Below are positions 35,944 through 45,437 of a DNA stretch of 64,000 nucleotides, piece by piece. This DNA is from an uncultured Collinsella sp. (GTDB lineage: Bacteria; Actinomycetota; Coriobacteriia; Coriobacteriales; Coriobacteriaceae), in NCBI GenBank assembly GCA_938023705.1, contig CALJDJ010000104.1, positions 4,297 through 68,296 on the forward strand, in the 5' to 3' direction. Both the position numbers and the translations under genes were made by a program. Within the stretch, counting starts at the first letter, position 1, and every line of letters starts with the position of its first letter. Below the pieces are notes generated by a model. The model worked only from the letters and a program-made list of their open reading frames with translations, was not told the origin of the DNA and did not search any database.

Positions 35944-36819
35944 TCAGCCAAAACGTCCCGTCAAATAATCCGCTGTGCGCGAATCGGTCGGTTTTTTGAA
36001 GAGCTGAGCGGTGGGCGCGTGCTCCACCAGCTCGCCCAGCAAGAAAAACGCGACCGAGTCGGAGATGCGCGCCGCCTGCTGCATATTGTGCGTAACGACC
36101 ACCAACGTGCAGGTCTCCTTGAGCTCGCAGGCAAGCTGCTCCACCACCAGCGTCGACACGGGATCGAGGGCGCTCGTGGGCTCGTCCATCAGCAGAATGT
36201 CGGGCTGCACGGCAAGTGCGCGGGCGATGCACAGGCGCTGCTGCTGTCCACCCGAAAGACCCAGGCCCGACTCTTTGAGCTTGTCCTTGACCTCGTCCCA
36301 CAGGGCAGCGCGACGCAGGGAGTCCTCGACCAGCTCATCGAGCACGGCGCGGTCGCGCACACCCATACCGCGAGGACCGTAGGCGACGTTGTCGTAGATG
36401 CTCATGGGAAATGGGTTGGGGCGTTGGAACACCATGCCCACGCGCTGGCGCAAACGGCAGATGTCGCAATCGCCCAGGATATCTTGACCATCGAGCGCAA
36501 TCTTGCCCTCGATGCGGCAATCCTTGATGCCGTCGTTCATGCGGTTAAAGCAGCGCAGCAACGTGGACTTTCCGCAGCCCGAAGGCCCGATGAACGAGGT
36601 GATCTGCTTGTCGCGGATCTTGATATTCACGTCCTTGAGCGCATGGTGGTCGCCATAGAACAGGTCGAGGCCCTCGACGTCGATGCGCGTCGGCGAGGCG
36701 GCAAGATCCTCTGCCGTGGGGCGAGTCGCATCCCCAACCTCGCGCTCATGCGCGGCCTCGGCCTGCGCTTCCATGAGTTCTTCAAGCTCCGTGGGCTCCA
36801 CAGCCGCAGCAGCCGTCAT
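35944..36819 (-). CDS. pstB: Phosphate ABC transporter ATP-binding protein PstB (orphan; no pstSCA or phoU nearby)
   Basis: PstB-specific pattern [92 protein letters not shown]. Second ATG chosen because a GGAGG lies upstream. Confidence 0.92.
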   Translation of the reverse strand: MTAAAAVEPTELEELMEAQAEAAHEREVGDATRPTAEDLAASPTRIDVEGLDLFYGDHHALKDVNIKIRDKQITSFIGPSGCGKSTLLRCFNRMNDGIKDCRIEGKIALDGQDILGDCDICRLRQRVGMVFQRPNPFPMSIYDNVAYGPRGMGVRDRAVLDELVEDSLRRAALWDEVKDKLKESGLGLSGGQQQRLCIARALAVQPDILLMDEPTSALDPVSTLVVEQLACELKETCTLVVVTHNMQQAARISDSVAFFLLGELVEHAPTAQLFKKPTDSRTADYLTGRFG

Positions 36820-36922
36820 ACCGCACACCTCCATATCGATATCAATTCAGCAGTATCGATAGTAGGAATCGCGGCTCATACGCACGTGAGCACATTGTCA
36901 AGTGTTTGTAAGGGCACGCTAG

Positions 36923-38167
36923 CTATGCGGCGGGCAGCTCGATGGTGAATATCGTGTGTTCGGGCGTCGATTCACATGCAACGGTACCGCCGTGTGCCGC
37001 GATGATCTCCTTGGCAATAGCAAGGCCCAAACCGGCACCACCGCGATTGGTCGCACGCGCCGCATCCAGGCGATAGAACTTCTCAAAGATCACCTTGAGC
37101 TTAGCCGCAGGGATAGGATCGCCCTGATTGATAAAGCGCACGCGCACGCCGCCATCGTCTTGGCGCCTGGCCTCAATCGTGATAGTCGAGCCCTCATAGC
37201 TATAGGCGACGGCGTTTTTCATGATGTTGTTAAACACGCGGGCCATCTTATCGCCATCCACGAGCACCGTCAGGTCCTCGCGAATATCAACCTGGGCTTC
37301 CTTATGTTGCTCGTTGAGGATGGGATAGAACTCGTCAGCCACCTGAGCCAGCAGCAACCCCAGATCAACATAGCCGCGCGTGAGCACGATATCGTGGAAG
37401 TCAAAGCGCGTGATATCGAAGAACTCTTCGATGAGTGCATCGAGCCGGTGCGCCTTGTCGAGCGCCACGCCCGTAAAGTGCGCACGTTGCTCAACCGGCA
37501 GCTCAGGAGCCTCTTGCAGCAGCGAAAGATAGCCCACCACACTGGCAAGCGGGGTGCGTAGGTCATGTGCCAAGTACGTGACCAGATCGTCCTTGCGATG
37601 AGACTCGTCACGCAAGGCCTGTTGCACCTTGCGCTCGCGATCGCGCACACGGTTGAGTGCGCCCTCGACCTCCAGGAAGTCGCCGTCGATGTTGTCCCAG
37701 GTGTCGGGGTGATCGATCAGGCGATCTTGAATACGAGCGGCCAGCACACAATCGGCATGCTGCTCGCCCTGCTCATAGCCCTGGTAGTACAGGGCGCGGC
37801 CGCAAAAGAACAGCACGCACACGGCAAGCGCCAGCACAAAGCCAAGCATGTTGAATACAAAGCCGGCATCGAACAGCACCGGCCCTTCGATGCCGCCGAG
37901 TGCCATGGCGCCAATCGCCAACGTCATGGCCCACGCGGCACCGCCAATCACCACGCAGCGGCGTACGATTTCAAATCGATCGATCAGCAAAAAGCCGACA
38001 AGCAGCACCGCCAAGATTCCAGCGATGTTATCGATGCCAATCAGCAGCAGGCTCAGCAAAAAGAGCAGCACCGTTGCAAGCGCGCGGTTGTCGACGACCG
38101 ACCTCACGTATTCAAAGAGTCGATCGGGCACCTCGAATGCCTGCCTATCGTCTTTTGTCATATCCAC
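36923..38167 (-). CDS. VanS-like sensor histidine kinase
   Basis: H-box and downstream region (YLAHDLRTPLASVVGYLSLLQEAPELPVEQRAHF..LDKAHRLDALIEEFFDITRF) and ATPase region (ARVFNNIMKNAVAYS, FEKFYRLD, GGAGLGLAIAKEII) follow the VanS family pattern, as I recall it. Confidence 0.8.
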   Translation of the reverse strand: MDMTKDDRQAFEVPDRLFEYVRSVVDNRALATVLLFLLSLLLIGIDNIAGILAVLLVGFLLIDRFEIVRRCVVIGGAAWAMTLAIGAMALGGIEGPVLFDAGFVFNMLGFVLALAVCVLFFCGRALYYQGYEQGEQHADCVLAARIQDRLIDHPDTWDNIDGDFLEVEGALNRVRDRERKVQQALRDESHRKDDLVTYLAHDLRTPLASVVGYLSLLQEAPELPVEQRAHFTGVALDKAHRLDALIEEFFDITRFDFHDIVLTRGYVDLGLLLAQVADEFYPILNEQHKEAQVDIREDLTVLVDGDKMARVFNNIMKNAVAYSYEGSTITIEARRQDDGGVRVRFINQGDPIPAAKLKVIFEKFYRLDAARATNRGGAGLGLAIAKEIIAAHGGTVACESTPEHTIFTIELPAA

Positions 38168-38186
38168 TTCCCCACCATCAAAGGCG

Positions 38187-38882
38187 TTATTCGATTATGT
38201 AGCCGACGCCCCAGACGTTTTTGATAAAGCGCGGCTTTTGAGCGTCGTCGCCGATCTTTTCGCGCAGGTGGCGAATGTGCACCATCACCGTATTGTTGGA
38301 GCCGGGCATAAAATCCTCGTTCCACACCGCGCGGAACAGGTCCTCCACGGCCACCACGCTGCCGCGATGCTCGACCAGATACAGCAAGATGGAATACTCG
38401 ATGGGCGTGAGGCGAACCGGTGAACCGTCCACTGTCACGGAACGAGCATCGCGGTTGATCTCAAGGCCGTCGAGCTGGATGGTCGGCGACTCGGCCGCCT
38501 GCGCGCGGCTACCGTAGCTGGTGTAGCGACGAAGCTGAGCGTGCACGCGTGCGATGAGCTCAAGCGGACGGAACGGCTTGACCACATAATCGTCCGCGCC
38601 AAGCGAAAGGCCCTCGATCTTGTCTTGCTGGGCATCGCGCGCCGTCAGCATGATCACGGGATAGGTATGGCTGGAACGGATCGTACGTAGCAGCTCAAAG
38701 CCATCGATATCGGGCAGCATGACATCCAGCAGCGCCAGATCAAACTCCTGCTCCAAGATTGCCTTGGCAGCATCGGCCCCGCTATAGGCGACCTGTACGT
38801 CAAAGCCTTCTTTTGTAAGGTAGATACCAACCAAGTCGGCGATGGCCTTTTCGTCATCAACTACCAAAATGCGCTCGTTCAT
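38187..38882 (-). CDS. VanR-like OmpR-family response regulator
   Basis: ILVVDDEKAIADLV..LLDVMLPDIDG..HTYPVIMLTARD..GADDYVVKPFRPLELIARVHAQLRRY..TVMVHIRHLREKI..IKNVWGVGY. Confidence 0.85.
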   Translation of the reverse strand: MNERILVVDDEKAIADLVGIYLTKEGFDVQVAYSGADAAKAILEQEFDLALLDVMLPDIDGFELLRTIRSSHTYPVIMLTARDAQQDKIEGLSLGADDYVVKPFRPLELIARVHAQLRRYTSYGSRAQAAESPTIQLDGLEINRDARSVTVDGSPVRLTPIEYSILLYLVEHRGSVVAVEDLFRAVWNEDFMPGSNNTVMVHIRHLREKIGDDAQKPRFIKNVWGVGYIIE

Positions 38883-39010
38883 GCGTGCTCCTCTCGCGCT
38901 CCATTATGCCCGAGGGGGCGCATGCCACACACAACAAGCGTGGGTGATTAAGTCGGCCTTAAGCACCCTTGTGCCCGTTCGGGCGCGGATGTGGGCCACG
39001 CACGCACGCG

Positions 39011-40420
39011 ATGATCGCCGACACCGGCAAACGATATACTCTAGTTCCAGAAGAGACCATCCCGTCGAAAGCGAAATCTGTGAAGTCCCTCATCTCTTTT
39101 GCAAAGCGCTCAGCCCAGCTTGCCGCCGGCTTTGTCTGCGCTATCGCCCTTGCCGCTGGCGTGCCCACCGTCGCCGGCGCCCAAGTGCTCACGACCGACA
39201 ATGTTTGCGGCAAAACCGCCGATGCGCGCGGCATCACGGCCGAAAACCTGCCCGATATCGATGCGACCAATGCCCTCGTCATGGGCAAAGACGGCACCGT
39301 CTACTATGGGCGCGGCGCCGATGAGCAGGTCAAAATCGCCTCGATCACCAAGGTCATGACCGCAATCCTAACCGTCGAGAATTGCAAGATGGACGAGAAG
39401 GTCACGGTAAGCAACACCGCGGCCACCGTGGGCAATTCGACCGCCGGCTTGCTCGAAGGCGACGAGCTTACCGTGGAGCAGGCACTGCGCGGCCTGATGA
39501 TTCCCTCGGGCAACGACGCCGCCATCGTGCTCGCCGAATATGTGGGCAAGAAGATCGAGCCTAAGACCAAAGACGCCGAGGCCACCTTTGTGAAGGCCAT
39601 GAACGAGCGCGCTAAGAAGCTCGGCTGCACCGGTACGCTTTTTGAAAACCCGCATGGTCTGGACTTTGATGAGTGGGCTGGCGATATGCACTCAACCGCA
39701 CACGACGTAGCGCTGATGATGCAGGAGGCCATGAAAAACGACACGATCCGCGAGGTCGTAGCGAGCGAGGATTCCTGGATCGAGGTCACGGGCGCCGACG
39801 GCGCCGACCATTCGCATTCCATGGACACGCATAACTATTTGCTGGGCCAAGATGGCAACATCGGTGGCAAGACCGGCACCACCGACGACGCGGGCTATTG
39901 CTTTACGGGTGCCTACAACCGCGACGGCGACGAGATCTACACCGTCGTTTTGAACTCCACCACCACCGACCAGCGCTTTACCGATACCGCAACCCTTGCC
40001 AATTGGTACTACGGTCACAAGGTGACGGTCGCAATCGCCAACACGCAGGAAAAGACCGCCAACGGCAACCCGCTTATGGCGCGTATTGGCCAAACCGACT
40101 GGACGGATAAGACGATCGACGCCACGCTCGCCGATCCTACGGCGCAAGCGACCGTGTTTTCCCTTGCCGGCGAGGTGACCGAAAAGGTTAGCTACGACGA
40201 TCTTTCGGGCACGGTGCATGTGGGCGATAAGGTGGGTAGCGTTACGCTCAAGCAGGACGGCACCAAGATCGCCGTCATGGACCTGGTTGCCGACGAAGAA
40301 GGCGCTGGGCCGAATCCCATTGAATGGCTCCTTGTGAAGCTCGACCGTCTGGGCCGTCGCATCGACAACCGCCCGCTCACGGCAGAAAGCGAGACCGTCG
40401 CCAAGGCGCCCGAGGTGTAG
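39011..40420 (+). CDS. Serine-type D-Ala-D-Ala carboxypeptidase (S11/PBP5 family) with signal/anchor and a C-terminal extension
   Basis: SxxK (IASITKVMT), SGN (IPSGNDAA), KTG (GGKTGTT). N-terminal hydrophobic signal (LAAGFVCAIALAAGVPTVAGA). Start uncertain (ATG 39011; the ORF track gives TTG 38969). Confidence 0.85.
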   Translation: MIADTGKRYTLVPEETIPSKAKSVKSLISFAKRSAQLAAGFVCAIALAAGVPTVAGAQVLTTDNVCGKTADARGITAENLPDIDATNALVMGKDGTVYYGRGADEQVKIASITKVMTAILTVENCKMDEKVTVSNTAATVGNSTAGLLEGDELTVEQALRGLMIPSGNDAAIVLAEYVGKKIEPKTKDAEATFVKAMNERAKKLGCTGTLFENPHGLDFDEWAGDMHSTAHDVALMMQEAMKNDTIREVVASEDSWIEVTGADGADHSHSMDTHNYLLGQDGNIGGKTGTTDDAGYCFTGAYNRDGDEIYTVVLNSTTTDQRFTDTATLANWYYGHKVTVAIANTQEKTANGNPLMARIGQTDWTDKTIDATLADPTAQATVFSLAGEVTEKVSYDDLSGTVHVGDKVGSVTLKQDGTKIAVMDLVADEEGAGPNPIEWLLVKLDRLGRRIDNRPLTAESETVAKAPEV

Positions 40421-40448
40421 TGCGCAAGAATAATAAGCCCACTGAAAG

Positions 40449-40477
40449 GAGGCGTCCGAAAGGATGCCTCTTTTTTT
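40449..40477 (+). terminator. Rho-independent terminator of the carboxypeptidase gene
   Basis: GAGGCGTCC-GAAA-GGATGCCTC followed by TTTTTTT. Confidence 0.85.
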
Positions 40478-40479
40478 GA

Positions 40480-40497
40480 GGGTTCGAATCCCCAGCT
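40480..40497 (+). repeat. 18-nt inverted copy of the tRNA-Ser T-arm/acceptor 3' segment (GGGTTCGAATCCCCAGCT)
   Basis: Exact reverse complement of 40560-40577 inside the tRNA-Ser gene. Lies between two terminators. Confidence 0.85.
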
Positions 40498-40511
40498 AAC
40501 GTGGTTCAACT

Positions 40512-40536
40512 AAAAAAGGGCCCCTTTCGGAACCCT
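40512..40536 (-). terminator. Rho-independent terminator downstream of tRNA-Ser
   Basis: Minus strand: AGGGTTCC-GAAA-GGGGCCCT (two G-U pairs) followed by TTTTTT. Confidence 0.75.
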
Positions 40537-40551
40537 TCTTTCAAGTCATAC

Positions 40552-40642
40552 TGGCGGAGAGCTGGGGATTCGAACCCCAGATGCCCTTTTGGGGCATACT
40601 CGCTTAGCAGGCGAGCACCTTCGGCCTCTCGGTCAGCTCTCC
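40552..40642 (-). tRNA. tRNA-Ser (anticodon GCT), CCA encoded
   Basis: Manual cloverleaf: acceptor GGAGAGC/GCTCTCC, anticodon stem-loop CTCGC-CTGCTAA-GCGAG, long variable arm, T-arm TGGGG-TTCGAAT-CCCCA. Confidence 0.92.
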
Positions 40643-40736
40643 GTAACAGCCGTTCTATAGTAACCAAACAGTCGAAGTTGGGCAAGAGGGAATTTTCTAA
40701 TTGCCCGGCGGCCTTTCCTCCTTGCAGTTTTCGCCC

Positions 40737-43178
40737 CTACCCCAGCGAGCGGTTGAGGGAGCCGAGCTCGTCGTTGCCCATGGTACGCCACATTTGGAAG
40801 ATGCAACCGCGCGCCAGGAAAAAGAAGCCGTTATCGACCAGCTGCACGGCGGCATCCGCAAGCTGGTTGGCCACCGCGGGCACGGGCGGCAATTCGAGTC
40901 CAGCCCTGCGGATGGTCTCGACCGCTTCCTCGAACGTCGGAGGCTCGCTGACACCCATCTCGTTCATAAGGCCCTGCATTTCTTCCAGCGCGCTGCTGCC
41001 CGACTCCTCGCCGCGCGGCACCAGACGGTAACAAGCCAGCGCCAGGTCGAGCTGATCGCAATTCCAATAGGCAAACGCCAAGCGATAGAACAGGTAGCCG
41101 ATTGCAGAACGATCGCTGGCAATACGTAGGCCGTGGCGCGCCACCTCGATAATCTCGTCAAAGCGCTCCAGACGCGCGAGCACGTTGATGAGCGCAAAGT
41201 GCGACTGCATGGACGAGCGCGCCAGATCGTAAAGATGGCGCACCTCGGGCAGTGCTCGTTCAAAGTCCTCTTGCTCGGCGTAAAAACTGCAGATCTCGTG
41301 CTGGGCAAAGTACAGCGCATCGGGCGCACGAAGGATTCGCACAGAGCGGTCTTCTTCCAACACCGGTAGCACCATGCGCACCAGCTGGTTATCGCAAAAC
41401 TGCGTTTGAACCGGACCTGTCGCCAAAAGCTCGGCGACGGCGCACTTAGCCTCCAACTCCTCGACAAGACGGGAAAAGCCTTCAAAAGCACCTGTACGGT
41501 CGACTTTTGCCTGCTCGCGCAATTCAACAACACGGGCCACGTATGGGTCGTCGTCCTCTTCCATGACCTCCAACTCGTCAGCCGTATCGGCAAGCAGCAG
41601 ATCGCGCAGCGCCGGCGGCAGCGTGCGATGGTCATCACGCGGACGAGCATGAACCTCCGCAGGCTCAATCGTCTCCGGAGCGGTTGACTCATACGCCTCA
41701 AGTACACGCTTGCACGGCATATCGTCCATGTCCATGCTCTCAAGATCCTTGACGACAGGCACGCAATCGGCCAGATAGGCCGCGCGCCCAAAGAAATACG
41801 TTGCGACAACGCGCTCGCCCTGCTCACTGCCGGGAGCAGCAATCTGCACATAGCAGCGCGTGATGCAGGTGCCCGCGGCAAAACACGCTGCTGCAAGCGT
41901 GAGTGCCACGCGCGCATCGTGCTCCGCGGCCCAGATCGCACGCGCGTCCTCGTCCAACTCGCGCCAGGCGTCATCTTGAGCGTCGTATTCACGTTGCGGC
42001 ATGGCATCAACGACAGACTGCCCAAACCGAACGAGCATGATCCCCTCGGCAACGTTTGCCCGATAGGTATAGTCGAGCCGCGTGACCACGTTAAGTGCCT
42101 CGACAATACGCGCGAAGCGGGTACGCACATCCCACTCACCGCCCGGCTGGCAAGCCACCGTACCCGGTTTGCCCCACGGGTTATCGCTCGAGGCCGTATC
42201 GAGCAGTCGGGGAACATCGTTGGTCGTCTTGGCGATATGCCACGCATCAAAGAGCGCGCAGCCCTCAAGGCTCGGCGAGGATGCCGCAGGGACCAATCCG
42301 GCCCCGATGTGCTCAAGGATGCCGGAGAGACGGTTAAGACGGCACTCGATGGCAAGCAGCATGTCAATCTCGTCCTGGTCCAGCAGGCTGCGATCAAAAT
42401 TGAGATAGAAAAGCTTTGAGCGATCGATGCGAGCCAGGCTCATCTCGGACTTAGCGGCGATGGTGCGCAAGCGGGGCAAGTCAATTTCACTCATAAGGGC
42501 GGCGGCATAGCGCTCGATACCGCTCGGATTCTCGGCATGGTCAACGCGGTAGAGCAGCGTCTCGATAGCGTCAGGGAGCGGTGCCGTGTTAAAGCCCAAA
42601 AACACCTCGACCGGCTCGGGCAACTTTACGAGCTTGATCTTGTCGACAACGTTTTGCATACCCTCGTCGAGTCCGTCGGCGTCCGCCGTGCTCGCAATGG
42701 TATTTTCGGAGTCAGCGAATATCACGTAGCGCAGGAACATCGATGCCATGAACTCACCGTAAGGAAGGGAGCGGGTCGAATTCCATGTCTCGTGATCGGA
42801 CTGTTCGCGCATGGGGCCTTCGGGAGAGCCGACGGTTCGCGCGCACGCGCGCATCGTGCCGTTTGCTCCCCTCACCATAATCTCACCAATACCGGAGTCC
42901 GACTCGTCAAGGACCAGTTCCATGTCGGGATCGTTGGGCAGCGGAGCCTCGCTAACGGGGCGGTCCACCTTGTACACCTCACCCGAAACGCTTACGTAGC
43001 CCAAAAGCGACACATGGCTTTTGCCAACGAATTCGACGACATAACAAGATTCATGCTGATCCTCGCCAAAGAGTTTCCAGACCACGCCATATGAGCGTCC
43101 CGCAGGCTGCTCGGACATCGCCGGAAAGCGCTTCTTGGGATCGAGAAACCTGAGCTTGTATGTCGGACGCTCTGCCAC
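40737..43178 (-). CDS. Large hypothetical protein (813 aa); only a C-terminal TPR-like helical-repeat region is recognisable
   Basis: Long ORF in the host-typical coding frame. C-terminal about 200 aa is helical-repeat-like (LFYRLAFAYWNCDQLDLALACYRLV). I recognised no catalytic motif. Confidence 0.6.
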   Translation of the reverse strand: MAERPTYKLRFLDPKKRFPAMSEQPAGRSYGVVWKLFGEDQHESCYVVEFVGKSHVSLLGYVSVSGEVYKVDRPVSEAPLPNDPDMELVLDESDSGIGEIMVRGANGTMRACARTVGSPEGPMREQSDHETWNSTRSLPYGEFMASMFLRYVIFADSENTIASTADADGLDEGMQNVVDKIKLVKLPEPVEVFLGFNTAPLPDAIETLLYRVDHAENPSGIERYAAALMSEIDLPRLRTIAAKSEMSLARIDRSKLFYLNFDRSLLDQDEIDMLLAIECRLNRLSGILEHIGAGLVPAASSPSLEGCALFDAWHIAKTTNDVPRLLDTASSDNPWGKPGTVACQPGGEWDVRTRFARIVEALNVVTRLDYTYRANVAEGIMLVRFGQSVVDAMPQREYDAQDDAWRELDEDARAIWAAEHDARVALTLAAACFAAGTCITRCYVQIAAPGSEQGERVVATYFFGRAAYLADCVPVVKDLESMDMDDMPCKRVLEAYESTAPETIEPAEVHARPRDDHRTLPPALRDLLLADTADELEVMEEDDDPYVARVVELREQAKVDRTGAFEGFSRLVEELEAKCAVAELLATGPVQTQFCDNQLVRMVLPVLEEDRSVRILRAPDALYFAQHEICSFYAEQEDFERALPEVRHLYDLARSSMQSHFALINVLARLERFDEIIEVARHGLRIASDRSAIGYLFYRLAFAYWNCDQLDLALACYRLVPRGEESGSSALEEMQGLMNEMGVSEPPTFEEAVETIRRAGLELPPVPAVANQLADAAVQLVDNGFFFLARGCIFQMWRTMGNDELGSLNRSLG

Positions 43179-43301
43179 GAAATATCACCCTGATCGGTCG
43201 CTTGAGAAGGAGCGGTCGCGAATAAGTCGCGACATCTACTCGGAATCTTACACGAGTCGACAGGAAATCGTCCCTTTGGACGAAAGCACTCAAGCTGGCG
43301 T

Positions 43302-43328
43302 AAAAGAAAAGCCCCCGTTGCCGGGAGC
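43302..43328 (-). terminator. Rho-independent terminator downstream of tRNA-Arg
   Basis: Minus strand: GCTCCCG-GCAA-CGGGGGC followed by TTTTCTTTT. Confidence 0.8.
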
Positions 43329-43340
43329 TTTAATCTCAAA

Positions 43341-43417
43341 TGGTGCGGCGTATAGGATTCGAACCTATGACGTTCTGATTCGTAGTCAGACCCTCTATCC
43401 AGCTGAGGTAACGCCGC
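43341..43417 (-). tRNA. tRNA-Arg (anticodon ACG), CCA encoded
   Basis: Manual cloverleaf: acceptor GCGGCGT/ACGCCGC, anticodon stem-loop TCTGA-CTACGAA-TCAGA, T-arm ATAGG-TTCGAAT-CCTAT. Confidence 0.93.
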
Positions 43418-43493
43418 AGCGCAAAACATATAAAACCACTTTAGCTTATTGGAGTCAAGCACAATCTCAAACTTTTTTTGGAACGCAGTTTTG

Positions 43494-43871
43494 TCATGCT
43501 GCTCCGCATATACCGTCGTTCCCCGTACGATCGATTGGCTTTTCGATCACGTCAAACTTAGCATCAAGTTCCCTGAGGAGCGATCTCACCCGCTGGGCAC
43601 AATCATAATCGGCAAACGAGATACTCAACATGCGAGCAACCTGGTTAGATGTCCGGACCCCATAGAAATGCTCCAGGGCCACAAGCCCCTCGTGCGCCAC
43701 AAACGTCTCAACCACATGCGGCGACTCCTCGTAGCACCATTGGGTCAACGGACCCTCGCTCGTCTGTCGAACCACCAGGCCACCCATGCCAGACGGCTCA
43801 CACGTCACAAGCAGGTACTCCCCGCCCTCGTCGCTCTCAAACAAAACCACCCGATCATCAAACAGCTCCAT
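43494..43871 (-). CDS. Hypothetical protein (125 aa)
   Basis: ORF with plausible composition (MELFDDRVVLFESDEGGEYLLV...). No recognisable domain. Confidence 0.5.
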   Translation of the reverse strand: MELFDDRVVLFESDEGGEYLLVTCEPSGMGGLVVRQTSEGPLTQWCYEESPHVVETFVAHEGLVALEHFYGVRTSNQVARMLSISFADYDCAQRVRSLLRELDAKFDVIEKPIDRTGNDGICGAA

Positions 43872-43990
43872 CGCGTCCCCTTTCTCTCGCTCTTATTTAG
43901 CAAAAGCATAGCAGGTAGATGGCTGTATACAGAACAGTTGTTCGTGTGTTTTCTATTGAGCTGTCCGCACAGCATGGTATGGCCGCACAC

Positions 43991-44019
43991 AAAAAGGGCA
44001 CCCCAAAAAGGAGTGCCCT
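43991..44019 (-). terminator. Rho-independent terminator downstream of serS
   Basis: Minus strand: AGGGCAC-TCCTTTTTGGG-GTGCCCT followed by TTTT. Confidence 0.75.
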
Positions 44020-44042
44020 AGCAAATCGCTTATGCAGCCAAT

Positions 44043-45326
44043 CTACGCGACCGGCTCGATCTTCTCGAGGCCGCCCATGTAGGGACGCAGAACCTCGGGG
44101 ATCGTGATGGTGCCGTCAGCGTTCTGGTAGTTCTCCAGAATGGCTGCCATGGTACGGCCAGCCGGCAGACCGGAACCGTTGAGGGTGTGCAGATAGCGCG
44201 AACCCTTGAAGTTCTCGGGGTCCCGATACTTGATGTTGGCGCGACGGGCCTGGAAGTCACCGCAGTTGGAGCAGGAGCTGATCTCCTTGTAGGCGTTGTA
44301 GCTCGGCAGCCAGACCTCGACGTCGTAGGTCTGACGGGCAGAGAAGCCCAGGTCGCCGGTGCACAGGCTAATCACGCGATACGGAAGACCCAGCTGCTGC
44401 AGCAGGAACTCGGCCTCGGCGGTCATGCTCTCGAGCTCCTTGTCGGACTCCTCCGGCTTGGCAAACTTGACCATCTCGACCTTGTCGAACTCGTGCTGGC
44501 GAATGATGCCGCGGGTATCGCGACCAGCGGAGCCGGCCTCCTCGCGGAAGCAGGGGGTGAAGGCGGTGTAGCGGCGCGGCAGGGTATCGGCGTCGAGGAC
44601 CTCACCGGCGTGCAGGTTGGTGAGCACGACCTCGGCGGTGGGGATCAGGAAGTTGTCGCCCGAGACGTGATAGGCGTCGTCCTCGAACTTGGGCAGCTGG
44701 CCCGTGCCGAACATGGTCTGACGCTTGACGACGATGGGCGGCCACCACTCCTTAAAACCACGGCTGGTGTGCGTATCGAGGAAGAAGTTGATGAGGGCGC
44801 GCTCAAGACGGGCGCCGGCGCCACCGAGAACGGTGAAGCGGCTGCCGGAGAGCTTGTTGCCGCGCTCGAAGTCAAGGATATCGAGGTCGGTGCCCAGATC
44901 CCAGTGCGGCTTAAAGTCGAAGTCGAACTCGCGCGGGGTGCCCCAACGACGGCGTTCGATGTTCTCGTCCTCGTCCTTGCCGTACGGCGTGGCCTCGCAA
45001 GGAATGTTGGGCAGGTGAGCCATGAAGTCGTACTGCTCCTGCTCGAGGGCGGTGCGGCGCTCGGCCAGACCGTCAATTTTCTCGTTGACGGCGCGCACGG
45101 CCTCTTTGGCGGCCTCAGCCTCGTCCTTCTTGCCCTCCTTCATCAGGGCGCCGATCTTCTTGGACTCGGCATTGCGCGTGGCTTGAAGTTCCTCGACCTC
45201 GGTGATGACGGCACGACGCTCGTCGTCGAGCTCAAAGAACTTCTCGCGATCCCAAGACGTCTGGCGGTTAGCCATGGCGACATCGATGGCATCGGGGTTC
45301 TCGCGAACAAACTTGATATCAAGCAT
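44043..45326 (-). CDS. serS: Serine--tRNA ligase
   Basis: [12 protein letters not shown]..., coiled-coil N-arm, class II motifs (FRSEAG-like [30 protein letters not shown]). GGAGGA Shine-Dalgarno before the ATG at 45326. Confidence 0.96.
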   Translation of the reverse strand: MLDIKFVRENPDAIDVAMANRQTSWDREKFFELDDERRAVITEVEELQATRNAESKKIGALMKEGKKDEAEAAKEAVRAVNEKIDGLAERRTALEQEQYDFMAHLPNIPCEATPYGKDEDENIERRRWGTPREFDFDFKPHWDLGTDLDILDFERGNKLSGSRFTVLGGAGARLERALINFFLDTHTSRGFKEWWPPIVVKRQTMFGTGQLPKFEDDAYHVSGDNFLIPTAEVVLTNLHAGEVLDADTLPRRYTAFTPCFREEAGSAGRDTRGIIRQHEFDKVEMVKFAKPEESDKELESMTAEAEFLLQQLGLPYRVISLCTGDLGFSARQTYDVEVWLPSYNAYKEISSCSNCGDFQARRANIKYRDPENFKGSRYLHTLNGSGLPAGRTMAAILENYQNADGTITIPEVLRPYMGGLEKIEPVA

Positions 45327-45437
45327 TAGATCCTCCGGCGATATACATTCCATTTAGGTTGCAACCTTGTACATGTATGGGCAAGTATATACTTATGAGC
45401 GTTTACGACCCAACTCAACTACGCAAGAAGGCACCCA

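Noticed and set aside
40421-43493. Integrated genomic island or prophage remnant at tRNA-Ser / tRNA-Arg.
   Set aside because: There is no integrase, recombinase or phage gene and no direct tRNA-derived repeat. Only an inverted 18-nt fragment is present, so an island call is unsupported; reported as orphan genes plus a scar.
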